From an uncultured Gammaproteobacteria bacterium (GTDB taxonomy: Bacteria; Patescibacteriota; Patescibacteriia; JAHIZJ01), in contig CAYJKP010000001.1 of the NCBI GenBank assembly GCA_964371245.1, positions 379,042 to 443,041 of the forward strand: a DNA stretch of 64,000 nt, given 5' to 3'. The notes below the pieces were generated by a model, which saw nothing but the letters and a program-made list of their open reading frames with translations, did not search any database and was not told the origin of the DNA. Positions 39,781 through 49,088 of the stretch are shown here, one piece after another (position 1 is the first letter of the stretch; each line of letters begins with the position of its first letter). Made by a program: the position numbers and the translations under genes.

Positions 39781-40694
39781 AACATCGGCGCAACCTGAAA
39801 AAAATATATTTTCTCATTATCCTGGCTGTCGTGGCGATCGGCGTACGACAATTCGCCAGTCTGCCGGCGAAGCCAGAAGCAATATTCTTCGACGTCGGCC
39901 AGGGCGATGCTACGCTTATAAACGGTCCACAAAACACACAAATCGTGATTGACGGCGGACCGGACGATACCGTGGTAAAAAAGCTCGGCCAATATCTTCC
40001 CGTCAACGATCGGACGATCGAAATGGTTCTCGTCAGCCACCCGGATAGCGATCATCTCACGGGATTAATCGAACTGGCCCGGCGCTATGCCATCACCTAT
40101 GTCATCCAGCCGGCGTTTACGGCCGAATCGCCAATGATCGAAGAATGGCGCGCTGTCCTCAAGGAAAAGAACATTTCAGTCATCGAGGCTGCTGCCGGGA
40201 TGAATTTCACTTTTCCGAGCCAAGGCCAGCTAGAAATCTTCTCGCCAAAAAAGGGCGTTGTGTATAAAGATACGAATGCTCAGTCGATAATCTGTGTTTA
40301 TCGGTTAGCTGACATAAAATTACTTTTTCTTGGCGATACGACGCCTGAGTCACAAGACGCCCTTCTTGGAATAAAGGAACTTGAGAATGTCCAATACATT
40401 AAAATATCCCACCACGGTAGCGAAAAATCATATTCAAATAGTTTAATCGACATGATTGATCCAAGCGTGGCGATTATCCAGGTCGGGGCGGATAATCGGT
40501 TCGGCCACCCTTCGCTATCAGTCATCAAGCAGCTGAATGAAAGAAACATCACCCTGCGAAGGACTGACCAGGAAGGCGATATCGTTGTTCCGTTGACCGC
40601 TGACACTGACATACAAAATAGCGCTCCAATATTTGAAAAAATTCTATTTGTATGGTATAATCTAGTTAGAAACATTAAATCGTTGCTAACATGA
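39777..40694 (+). CDS. metallo-beta-lactamase-fold protein corresponding to the ComEC C-terminal nuclease domain, encoded separately
   Basis: DVGQGDATLI, VSHPDSDHLTG and ISHHGS MBL motifs; start overlaps the comEC stop (ATGA). Confidence 0.75.
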   Translation: MKHRRNLKKIYFLIILAVVAIGVRQFASLPAKPEAIFFDVGQGDATLINGPQNTQIVIDGGPDDTVVKKLGQYLPVNDRTIEMVLVSHPDSDHLTGLIELARRYAITYVIQPAFTAESPMIEEWRAVLKEKNISVIEAAAGMNFTFPSQGQLEIFSPKKGVVYKDTNAQSIICVYRLADIKLLFLGDTTPESQDALLGIKELENVQYIKISHHGSEKSYSNSLIDMIDPSVAIIQVGADNRFGHPSLSVIKQLNERNITLRRTDQEGDIVVPLTADTDIQNSAPIFEKILFVWYNLVRNIKSLLT

Positions 40695-43600
40695 AAAAAA
40701 TAACATTCGTCTTTTTAGCTCTCGTTGGGAGTTTTTTTATTACGCGAAACGTCCAGGCGGCGTACGGCGATACCACAACGTATCTCGGGAGGCCGTATGC
40801 CGGCGACGGGAGTCCGGCGGTCAGCGCCTATCTCGATTTTCCTGAAGATGTAACGGCTGACGCGAACGGTAATTTTTATATCGCCGACACCGCCAATCAC
40901 GTGATTCGAAAAATCGACACGGCCGGTAAAATCCATACCGTGGCCGGAACGGGCTCGTATGGGTCAGCCAATGGCGCTGCGAATATGGCGGAATTCGCCC
41001 TGCCGCGGGGAGTCGCCATTGACAGCAAAAAAAATATTTATGTGGCCGATTCGGGGAATAATCTTATCCGAAAGATCAATGCCTATGGCGTTGTTTCGAC
41101 GCTGGTCAGTTCGGGCTTGAACAATCCGCAGGGCGTGCTTGTTTACGGCGACGACCTCTATATCGCCGATACGGGCAATAATGCGATCAAGACGGTATCA
41201 ACCAGCGGCGGCATATTGCGCGTTCTCACGAACGACTTGAATGCTCCCAAGAAAATCGCAATCGATGGTAACGGAACATATATCTATGTAGCCGATTATG
41301 GCAGCCATAAAGTAAAGCGCGTTACCCGAAGCACGGGTAAGGTGGTAGCGATAGCCGGATCCGGGCAAGCGGCCTATGCCGAGGGAACGGGCAGCGCGGC
41401 GTCATTTCAAAATCTTTGGGGCGTCGCGTATGCCGCCGGAAAACTGTATATTAGCGACGGGGACGGCTTAAACGACAAATTGCGGCAAATTGACTTGTCA
41501 AACAATAAGACAAGCTTGTTGGCCCGCGATCTGGTTATGGCGTCGATAAATTATCCCAGCGGCCTGGTGGTTTATGGAAGTAGTGTCTATATTGCGAATT
41601 CAGGCATCGGCACTATCCAGAAGTTTAATCTCGCTGATCCATCCCATCAAAACTCGCTCTTTGCTGGTATCGAGCGTTTTGGCAATCGAAACGGCGCCGC
41701 AGTAGACGCGCTGTTCGGACGACCCTGCGATATTATTTTGAGTCCGGATCGGAAATGGCTGTATCTCGCTGAAAATAATAAGATCCGGAAAATAAACTAC
41801 GCCACAAAAACTACCAGCGCTTTGATTGGTAACAGCGTCGACAATTACAAAGATGAGACTGGTAGCAAGGCGCGCTTCAGCAATGTTACCGCGTTGGCCA
41901 TTGAATCAACCGGCAAAACTCTCTACGCCGTCGACCGCTGGAATAACCGGATCCGAAAGGTCGACATCGCCACCCAAACATCCTCGCTGGTTTCCGGCGG
42001 CGGACTGGCGCCGACCGACGGCGATGACAACAACGGCTACCGCGAAGGCGTCAAAGAGGCGGCCCGATTCAACCATCCGGCCGGTATCGCGATATCGCCC
42101 AACGACAAATATTTATATGTTACCGATTCGGGCAACAACCGGGTCCGCCGGGTAACGATCGCGACCGGCGCAACGAAGCTGGTCGCCGGCTCCGGCCAAG
42201 CCGGGTTTGCTGATGGGAAGGGGAGCCAGGCTAAGTTCAACAAACCGTATGGCTTAGCGATCAGCGCTGACGGCGCCTATTTGTTTCTGGCGGATACCAA
42301 TAATCACGCGATTCGCCGTATTACCGTGGCGGATGGCACTGTCATAACCGTGGCCGGCACGGGTTCGGCCGGTTACCGCGATGCCATCGGGACCGAATCG
42401 ATGTTCTCATATCCCGAGTACGTCAATCTCGACTCAGCCGGCAACATCTATGTGAGCGAAGTCGGCTCACAGCGAATTCGGATTATCGAAACGAACACGT
42501 ATATCACAAAATTAGTCGCCGGGTCGGGGGTGCGCGGCTATGAAAACGGCTCGCGCAGCGTGGCCCGCTTTAATAATCCCAAGGGCTTTCTTGTCGATAA
42601 AAAGAAAAATGTTATTATCGCCACCGATTCGTTTAACGATGTTTTGCGGCAGATAAATATTTCCGGCTCAGCCCCCTATACCTACAGCGCGCCGGCGCTT
42701 TCAAGCGTTCAACCTGACGTGGTGTCACCGAATTGGGATACGGGCAGCGGCTTGCGCATTAAGATAACCGGTACAAATTTCCGTAATGGGGCGACGGTTT
42801 GGTTCGGTACGTTGATGGCAACGAAAACATATGTCGTCAGTTCAACTGAACTGGTGGCAGAATTGCCGCTCGATCAGATGGCTGCCGGCCGGTACGATAT
42901 TCTGGTTAAAAATTCCGATGGCCAACCGTCACTGTTGGTCGCTCAATTCGGCCTGATGAATGACAGCGGCACGGTTCCGGATATTATCTTTTCAGCAGAT
43001 TTTGGCAGCAGCTTTTATGCCTATAGTCCGACTCTCCGCGGGGGCTTCAATATCGCGGTCGGCAATGTCGTCGGCGACGGAAAAGATGAGATTATAACCG
43101 GAACAGGCAGCGGCCTTAGTCCACAGGTGCGCGTTTTTGATGGTGAGGGTGCGGTCGTCGGTCAGTTTTTTGCCTACGACCAGGCGCTGCGGACCGGTGT
43201 CCGTGTCGCCTCATGTGATCTTGACGGTAATGGACGCGATGAAATTGTCACGGTGCCAGGACCCGGCGGACGACCGCATGTTCGGATTTTTGACGCTTAT
43301 GGAAATGTTCGCGTCGGCAGCGGGTTCTTCGCGCTTGACGGGAAGTTCATGGGTGGCGCAAACCTTGCCTGCGGTGACGTTAACGGTGACGGAAAAGGAG
43401 AAATTATCGTCGCCGCCGGAGCGGGTGGCGGGCCGCACATCACGATTCATCGGGCGGACGGACGCATGATCGGAAATTTCATGGCCTATGGCCTTAATTT
43501 CCGTGGCGGCATACGGGTGGCCACGGCCGAGCTGAATACCGACGGTAAGATGGAGATTATTACCGGGCCGGAACGCGGTGGCCCGCATCTCGAAATGTTC

Positions 43601-43942
43601 ACCGGGACAGGACACCAGATTAATCCAGGAGTATTCGCGTTTGATAAGAATTTTGGCGGTGGTTTGGCGGTGACGACCGGCGATACCAATGGCGACGGTC
43701 GCAGCGAGATGATTGTCACGCCGGGTCCGGAAGCCGCATCGTTAGTCAAGATTTACAAAGACTTTGGTTTAAACATTGTTTCGAGCTTCTATTTATACGA
43801 CCGAAGTTTTGTCGGGGCGTCAAATATTGCCGCCGGTGACATCAATGGCGACGGCCTGGCTGAAATTGTTGGCATCGCCCGATCAAACGGGACGTCGCGT
43901 GTCGTCATATTTGACGGCCTGGGCAATGAACTCGACGGCTAA
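40691..43942 (+). CDS. giant secreted protein: ~3 NHL-repeat beta-propellers, IPT/TIG domain, C-terminal FG-GAP repeats
   Basis: Repeated YIADTANHVIRKI / YVADSGNNLIRKI NHL signatures, an IPT-like segment (RIKITGTNFRNGATVWFG), then FG-GAP repeats (VGDGKDEIITG...SPQVRVFDG). Confidence 0.85.
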   Translation: MKKITFVFLALVGSFFITRNVQAAYGDTTTYLGRPYAGDGSPAVSAYLDFPEDVTADANGNFYIADTANHVIRKIDTAGKIHTVAGTGSYGSANGAANMAEFALPRGVAIDSKKNIYVADSGNNLIRKINAYGVVSTLVSSGLNNPQGVLVYGDDLYIADTGNNAIKTVSTSGGILRVLTNDLNAPKKIAIDGNGTYIYVADYGSHKVKRVTRSTGKVVAIAGSGQAAYAEGTGSAASFQNLWGVAYAAGKLYISDGDGLNDKLRQIDLSNNKTSLLARDLVMASINYPSGLVVYGSSVYIANSGIGTIQKFNLADPSHQNSLFAGIERFGNRNGAAVDALFGRPCDIILSPDRKWLYLAENNKIRKINYATKTTSALIGNSVDNYKDETGSKARFSNVTALAIESTGKTLYAVDRWNNRIRKVDIATQTSSLVSGGGLAPTDGDDNNGYREGVKEAARFNHPAGIAISPNDKYLYVTDSGNNRVRRVTIATGATKLVAGSGQAGFADGKGSQAKFNKPYGLAISADGAYLFLADTNNHAIRRITVADGTVITVAGTGSAGYRDAIGTESMFSYPEYVNLDSAGNIYVSEVGSQRIRIIETNTYITKLVAGSGVRGYENGSRSVARFNNPKGFLVDKKKNVIIATDSFNDVLRQINISGSAPYTYSAPALSSVQPDVVSPNWDTGSGLRIKITGTNFRNGATVWFGTLMATKTYVVSSTELVAELPLDQMAAGRYDILVKNSDGQPSLLVAQFGLMNDSGTVPDIIFSADFGSSFYAYSPTLRGGFNIAVGNVVGDGKDEIITGTGSGLSPQVRVFDGEGAVVGQFFAYDQALRTGVRVASCDLDGNGRDEIVTVPGPGGRPHVRIFDAYGNVRVGSGFFALDGKFMGGANLACGDVNGDGKGEIIVAAGAGGGPHITIHRADGRMIGNFMAYGLNFRGGIRVATAELNTDGKMEIITGPERGGPHLEMFTGTGHQINPGVFAFDKNFGGGLAVTTGDTNGDGRSEMIVTPGPEAASLVKIYKDFGLNIVSSFYLYDRSFVGASNIAAGDINGDGLAEIVGIARSNGTSRVVIFDGLGNELDG

Positions 43943-43955
43943 CGCGGTAAAAATA

Positions 43956-43980
43956 AAAAACCGTCTCAAACGGTTTTTTA
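43956..43980. terminator. bidirectional intrinsic terminator between the NHL gene and tRNA-Asp
   Basis: AAAAAACCGTCTCAAACGGTTTTTT, palindromic with A/T runs on both sides. Confidence 0.7.
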
Positions 43981-43987
43981 ATTGTAA

Positions 43988-44064
43988 TGGCGGAGCGGAC
44001 GGGACTCGAACCCGCGACCTCTGCCGTGACAGGGCAGCGTTCTAACCAACTGAACTACCGCTCC
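43988..44064 (-). tRNA. tRNA-Asp (GTC)
   Basis: Reverse complement GGAGCGGTAGTTCAGTTGGTTAGAACGCTGCCCTGTCACGGCAGAGGTCGCGGGTTCGAGTCCCGTCCGCTCCGCCA. 7-bp acceptor stem, anticodon loop CTGTCAC, T-loop GGTTCGAGTCC, encoded CCA. Confidence 0.95.
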
Positions 44065-44134
44065 AAAATCAAGAGATAAAAAAAGACACATCTATCATAT
44101 TGGTTTTCCTGGGCATTGTCAAGAAATAATACGT

Positions 44135-44524
44135 ATGAAAACGAAACTTATTGTCTGGTTGCCGCCGATTATCTGGGCTGTATTTGTTTTTCTGCTCTCG
44201 TCGCTCCCAAGCGTTACCGTTGAGGCGCTCGGGACGTGGGACTATTTCTTCCGAAAAATATGGCACATGATCGAATACGCCGTCTTAGCAGTGTTATTCG
44301 CCAGACTTGGAATATGCAAAAAGCTACCCAATCGGGAGGTCTATATTATCAGCATCATCGGCGCGTTTTGCTATGCGCTAACTGATGAATGGCACCAAAC
44401 ATTTGTAGTTGGTCGGGTTGGCACGCCCATTGATGTTGGCATTGACACGCTGGGCGCGATCGCCGGCGTTATGCTCTATGCTCGAATCAAAAGGTCAAAA
44501 GGGATAAGCACCGGGTTTAAATAG
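44135..44524 (+). CDS. VanZ-like membrane protein
   Basis: 4 TM with the conserved DEWHQ motif. Confidence 0.7.
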   Translation: MKTKLIVWLPPIIWAVFVFLLSSLPSVTVEALGTWDYFFRKIWHMIEYAVLAVLFARLGICKKLPNREVYIISIIGAFCYALTDEWHQTFVVGRVGTPIDVGIDTLGAIAGVMLYARIKRSKGISTGFK

Positions 44525-44759
44525 TTTTTTCCGGCTCCTTTTTTGCAAGTTTTTCTTTGATTTTTCCTAGTCTTGACGTCACTATGACGGCCACCACGGT
44601 GACAGCCACGGCATAGACGAACAGCGATATAATACCGCCCGCCTTACCGAAGATTTCCTTAAAAAGCGTTTGGATTGCCTCATTCCAAGCTAATGCGGCA
44701 ACGAGACCGAAAGCCGAAGTGGCTAATGTAACCATTTGGTCAAATACTTGTTTACTCAT
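44517..44759 (-). CDS. hypothetical small membrane protein
   Basis: 80-aa ORF with 2 TM. Confidence 0.45.
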   Translation of the reverse strand: MSKQVFDQMVTLATSAFGLVAALAWNEAIQTLFKEIFGKAGGIISLFVYAVAVTVVAVIVTSRLGKIKEKLAKKEPEKTI

Positions 44760-44930
44760 AGGTTCGTAGTTAGTGGTTAATCTGCCTCAATATAGATTAG
44801 CAAAGATTGTTGTCGGAAGCCAGCAACGAAAAAAACAGACGATCAACACTGGACAATCGAATTCAGTTGTGATAGTGTGTCCGGTGTTCACGTTCGTCGG
44901 TTGGTTATTGCTTATCGCCAGGAGGGGTTG

Positions 44931-45299
44931 ATGGAGCAAGCGACGACATCGTCCTTTTTCCTTGGGCATCTGATTCAGGGCGCGCACCTGACAGAAGCTG
45001 ATGGCAGCGCTGACAAACTGTTTGTGCTGCTGACGTACCGCACCCGGATGCGTCCACATCATGGGCAGGATCTTGAGGTAGCGATGATGGCGCTGGCGGC
45101 GGCTCGTCAGATCGGCCATTCGGTTGATGAGCTGTCGAATTGGATCCGACGCATGTGCGAACGGGTGCTGGCCAATCCGGACGCGATCGCCGAGGTGAGT
45201 TCCATTTTCGAACAGACGCCGATGACGGGCAACGAGACCGAACTGCTCGATTGGTTCCGCCAGGCGCTCGCCCGGGTACAAGGTCTTTCGCGCTGCTAG
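44931..45299 (+). CDS. hypothetical protein in a GC-rich (~60%) segment
   Basis: AGGAGG RBS 5 nt before the ATG at 44931, followed by a terminator. The overlapping minus ORF 44787..45281 is Arg/His-rich, typical of antisense. Confidence 0.5.
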   Translation: MEQATTSSFFLGHLIQGAHLTEADGSADKLFVLLTYRTRMRPHHGQDLEVAMMALAAARQIGHSVDELSNWIRRMCERVLANPDAIAEVSSIFEQTPMTGNETELLDWFRQALARVQGLSRC

Positions 45300-45303
45300 T
45301 TTG

Positions 45304-45340
45304 GCTCTCGCATCAGTCCGATGCTTGAGCTGTTTTTTTT
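45304..45340 (+). terminator. intrinsic terminator
   Basis: Hairpin GCTCTCGCATC..GATGCTTGAGC followed by TGTTTTTTTT. Confidence 0.65.
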
Positions 45341-45376
45341 ACCAAAACATGGTATAGTAAAAGTCGAGGAATATAT

Positions 45377-45673
45377 ATGAACCAACCAATACCGCTATTT
45401 CATTGGTTCCAGGCCGCCCTTGAATATGCCATACCTGTTTATTTGGCTGTCATTGTTGTATGCATCTTTGTCAAAAAAGCCAGAAAATACGACATCATTG
45501 TGACGCTCGGAGCGATCATCCTGATTGGTGCATCATTGTTTCGACTCATGGCCTGGGGACGGACAATCGTTAATACGGATCGGTCGCTGCATTATCTGAC
45601 GTTGATTGTGGGGTTATTGTTACTTACTAAGCTGTACGAAAAAGCGAAGAGCCAAAATAAACCATGGATCTAA
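45377..45673 (+). CDS. hypothetical small membrane protein (3 TM)
   Basis: 98-aa hydrophobic ORF. Confidence 0.45.
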   Translation: MNQPIPLFHWFQAALEYAIPVYLAVIVVCIFVKKARKYDIIVTLGAIILIGASLFRLMAWGRTIVNTDRSLHYLTLIVGLLLLTKLYEKAKSQNKPWI

Positions 45674-45709
45674 ACAACACGTATTTAATAAGAGTATCCA
45701 TTTGAAAAT

Positions 45710-46096
45710 ATGTTTATTGCGCTCATCCTCGTTGCCTTCGGCGCGACGTTACTACTAAAGAATATCGGTGTTATCACGGGCGGGATTTGGCATATCCTCT
45801 GGCCTCTTTTTATCATCATTTTCGGCTTGACGATAATATTCAAACAACGTCGTCGAAAACATTGGTGGGATTTTTTTGAAAATCGTACCACGGAAGATTG
45901 GGAACAATGGGGAAAAGGCTTAGGACAGCATTTTGAGGAATGGGGTCGGCGAGTCGAGCGTTCCTATCGTGGACATCCTGATGAATGGGAAAATGAAATT
46001 GGCCAGCGAATAGAACGAAAAATAAAAAGCTATTTCGAACGAACAAACTCGGCAAAGGGACAAAATCAAAACAACGACCCGGGAAAGACTCAATAA
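45710..46096 (+). CDS. LiaF/LiaI-like TM-module protein with charged Trp/Glu-rich tail
   Basis: The WPLFIIIFGLTIIF motif is a paralog of the 28958 gene. Confidence 0.5.
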   Translation: MFIALILVAFGATLLLKNIGVITGGIWHILWPLFIIIFGLTIIFKQRRRKHWWDFFENRTTEDWEQWGKGLGQHFEEWGRRVERSYRGHPDEWENEIGQRIERKIKSYFERTNSAKGQNQNNDPGKTQ

Positions 46097-46107
46097 TCAT
46101 ACGCACG

Positions 46108-46377
46108 ATGATTAATTTTCATGACATCCCAGTGTGTCAAAGCTGCAGTATGCCACTGGCAAAAACTGAAGATTTCGGCACGAATACAGACGGCAGCGCC
46201 AACAGCGACTACTGTATAAATTGCTTTTCTGGGGGCGCATTCCGGCAAGCGAACATGACGAAGGACGAAATGGTTGATCAGGTAACAGAATTATTGGCGC
46301 AAACGGAAAAAGCACCGATTGAACAGGTGCGTCTCGCCGTAGACCGTCGGATTCGAAATCTCCGTCGTTGGCAATAA
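46108..46377 (+). CDS. zinc-ribbon domain protein (Zn_ribbon_2-like)
   Basis: CQSCSMPL...DGSANSDYCINCF, a four-Cys pattern. Confidence 0.6.
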   Translation: MINFHDIPVCQSCSMPLAKTEDFGTNTDGSANSDYCINCFSGGAFRQANMTKDEMVDQVTELLAQTEKAPIEQVRLAVDRRIRNLRRWQ

Positions 46378-46400
46378 AACTTCGGGCGTCTATTCTATTA

Positions 46401-47360
46401 ATGGAAACTGAATCAATACTCAGACATTATCATGTCGGTACCGTAACCTCGGTCGTTCCGCTGAGTGTTGGTGCGATACACGAAACATATAAAATTGCGA
46501 CCGAAACCGGCATCTATATCGCACGAATTTTTGAGACCGAAAAAATTGAATCGGCCATCGCGTTTGAATTGACGGTATTGCAGTACCTCGCGAAAAATAA
46601 TTTCATCGCCCCGAAGCCGATTGAAACGATTGATGGACGGTTATATGATCGCGAAAAAAATTATTTTGCACTCTATGATTATATCCCGGGCCACGCCCTG
46701 AAGGGTCCGGAACTGTCAATCGATCATGTCCACTCAGTCGGCGAGACGCTTGGTTGGTTTCATGAGCTTCTGTCGAATTATCATGTACCAGAAACAAAAC
46801 CAAGGCTTGATTGGCAAACAATCTGGACAAAGTGTGAGCAGGCCGAAAAGGCGACCCATCGCACTGAGACGAATGAAACGTTTAGTCGAATACAAAAAGC
46901 GCTTCTTGAATCGCGCCTGCCGGAAAGCTTGCCAACCGGTATTGTCCACGGCGACCTGCATGATCAAAATGTTGTTTTTCGCCATGGCCACGTCTCTGGT
47001 GTGCTTGACTTCGACCAATGCACATATGGAACGATCATCGCTGACGTCGCCACCGAAATTGTCTGGTGGTGCTTTCGCGATACCTCATACCACGCCCATC
47101 TGGCCCAAGCGTTTTTAAAAGGGTATCAGAGCCAGCGAACGATTACTACGGAAGAAATCCAATCCCTCTGGTTAGCGTTAAAATTTGCGATTACACGTTT
47201 AGAGCTTATTGCCCTTGAACGGGATCAGCGGTCACGAGAACAATTTGAAACCTATGCTTCCAGAAGCGATAAAATAACGCCACAATATTTTCAAGCAATC
47301 TATTCGTATATCATTGAAAAAAAAGAACGCATCGTTGATTCATTATCGTTTTTGTTATGA
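46401..47360 (+). CDS. aminoglycoside/choline-kinase-type phosphotransferase (APH family)
   Basis: IVHGDLHDQNVVF catalytic loop and DFD motif of protein-kinase-like phosphotransferases. Confidence 0.7.
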   Translation: METESILRHYHVGTVTSVVPLSVGAIHETYKIATETGIYIARIFETEKIESAIAFELTVLQYLAKNNFIAPKPIETIDGRLYDREKNYFALYDYIPGHALKGPELSIDHVHSVGETLGWFHELLSNYHVPETKPRLDWQTIWTKCEQAEKATHRTETNETFSRIQKALLESRLPESLPTGIVHGDLHDQNVVFRHGHVSGVLDFDQCTYGTIIADVATEIVWWCFRDTSYHAHLAQAFLKGYQSQRTITTEEIQSLWLALKFAITRLELIALERDQRSREQFETYASRSDKITPQYFQAIYSYIIEKKERIVDSLSFLL

Positions 47361-47503
47361 CGCAACGATGTAAAAAATGTCAGAAAAAATATGAAGACGG
47401 CAGCGACGGCTTTTGCCGCCATTGTCTAAATGGTGAACAGAAGAAAATTCTCGGTCGCTGGAACAACCTCGGTAGTGAAAAGCCAAAGGGGAAAACCGTT
47501 TGA
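47357..47503 (+). CDS. 48-aa CxxC...CxxC zinc-ribbon mini-protein (not in the ORF track)
   Basis: MTQRCKKCQKKYEDGSDGFCRHCLNG..., ATGA-coupled to the upstream kinase gene. Confidence 0.4.
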   Translation: MTQRCKKCQKKYEDGSDGFCRHCLNGEQKKILGRWNNLGSEKPKGKTV

Positions 47504-47546
47504 TTTTTTTAATAAAATATGCTATAATGTAAATAGGAAAACAAAA

Positions 47547-48686
47547 ATGAAAGATAAAAGCCTATATCGGTCAATAGCGATTGTCATCGGTACGGCAATC
47601 GGTGCTGGTATTTTTGCCTTACCATATGCCTTTATGAAAGCCGGGTATTTCGCCGGGATTTTTTATTTGATTGCCCTCGGCATTATTTCCCTTGTGCTCC
47701 TTAAGGCCTACGGTGAAGTGGTCTTACGCACGAATGAGCGGTCGCAAATTATTGGCTATGTTCAGCGTTATCTCGGTCCCTGGGGCAGGGGAATATCCCT
47801 GATTTCATTTCTTTTTGGAATTACTGGTGCACTCATCGCCTATACACTTCAAATTGGGCGGTTTTTAGAGATACTGATCGGCGATCGGCTTGGCGGCAAC
47901 GCTTTTATTTACGGTCTGTGTTTTTACGGCATTGCGAGCCTCATCATTCTTATTGGTTTACGGCTCGTTGCCAGGTTTGAGCAATACTTAGTGACGCTCC
48001 TCATTCTCTTGGTGGCGTTTATTATTTTAGTTGGTTTGCCGAAAGTAAACGTAACAAACCTATTCACGCTGGATGCGACAAGTTTGTTTTTACCCTACGG
48101 TGTTGTTTTGTTTGCCTTAAGTGCGGCGTCAGCGATTCCTGATTCCATTGACGCACTGCCGGACCGAAAAAAACTATCAAAAGTTCTTACGATCGGTTTA
48201 CTCGTTCCGCTCATCGTCTACACGCTTTTTACGCTGGTGGTTGTCGGGATCAGCGGCGCCTTTACTGACGAAGCGGCCATCCCCGGACTGACGCCCATGC
48301 TTGGACAAGGCATTGTCGCTGTTGGCGCGCTTCTTGGAATTATGACCATGACAACAGCTTTCCTTAGCCTTGGTCTTGTTATCCGTGAGATTTATCAATT
48401 TGATTTAAAATTTCCAAAAGCATTAGCCTGGCTTGCCGGTTTAACGCCGCCGATTATTGTCTATCTCTTTCATCTGACCAGTTTCATCTCAATTATTAGT
48501 TTAGTCGGTGGTGTCATGGGTGGTTTCGATGGTATTTTGATCATTCTCATGTGGCGGAAGGCAAAGAAGTATGGCAATCGCCAACCGGAATGCACGATCG
48601 ATATCCCAAACTGGTTACAAGGCGTTATGATTTTGATATTTGCGCTCGGAATCGTCTACGAGATGTATTTTAATGTGTTGCATTAG
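47547..48686 (+). CDS. amino-acid permease (aromatic/hydroxy amino acid HAAAP-like, 11 TM)
   Basis: N-terminal SIAIVIGTAIGAGIFALPYAF motif typical of the Trp/Tyr permease family. Confidence 0.65.
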   Translation: MKDKSLYRSIAIVIGTAIGAGIFALPYAFMKAGYFAGIFYLIALGIISLVLLKAYGEVVLRTNERSQIIGYVQRYLGPWGRGISLISFLFGITGALIAYTLQIGRFLEILIGDRLGGNAFIYGLCFYGIASLIILIGLRLVARFEQYLVTLLILLVAFIILVGLPKVNVTNLFTLDATSLFLPYGVVLFALSAASAIPDSIDALPDRKKLSKVLTIGLLVPLIVYTLFTLVVVGISGAFTDEAAIPGLTPMLGQGIVAVGALLGIMTMTTAFLSLGLVIREIYQFDLKFPKALAWLAGLTPPIIVYLFHLTSFISIISLVGGVMGGFDGILIILMWRKAKKYGNRQPECTIDIPNWLQGVMILIFALGIVYEMYFNVLH

Positions 48687-48711
48687 GTAAATACAATAGA
48701 AGACAAACGAT

Positions 48712-48745
48712 CAATGAACAATATATTTGTTCATTGTTTTCGTTT
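48712..48745 (+). terminator. intrinsic terminator (part of a 40-nt near-palindrome)
   Basis: CAATGAACAAtatatTTGTTCATTG followed by TTTTCGTTT. Confidence 0.75.
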
Positions 48746-48905
48746 CCCTTGACAAAAAAGAAAATAATATATCGAAATAAATGATAGAAAGAAGAATTAT
48801 CTGCATGATTAGCGCAAGTTGCGAAAATTAAGACACGTTATCCACTTGACGTTACGAAGCGATGGGATGATGGTGAAATCACATACTTATTTGACGGGAG
48901 GGATT

Positions 48906-49088
48906 ATGACAAGCCGAGACACGCTCCTGAGAGTTCTTGACCAGCAGGTCGAGAATCTCTACATTATCAAGCGTCCAAGGCAACATCCCTGTCCAGCCTG
49001 CGGTGCGCTGACATTCCATCTCTGGGTGTGTCGCAACTGCCTGAACCGACAGGCAGAAGAATATTTCAAAAAACGGCACGCTGCTTAG
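48906..49088 (+). CDS. small CPxC..CRNC zinc-finger protein
   Basis: GGGAGGG RBS before the Met at 48906; its stop overlaps the dinB stop region. Confidence 0.4.
   Translation: MTSRDTLLRVLDQQVENLYIIKRPRQHPCPACGALTFHLWVCRNCLNRQAEEYFKKRHAA

Noticed and set aside
43943-44134. Integrative element att site at tRNA-Asp
   Set aside because: No integrase, excisionase or direct repeat of the tRNA 3' end was detectable by eye within the following 2 kb.
44787-45281. Minus-strand 164-aa ORF overlapping the GC-rich hypothetical gene
   Set aside because: The plus-strand ORF has an AGGAGG RBS 5 nt upstream of its ATG, followed by a terminator. The minus ORF is Arg/His-rich antisense-like.
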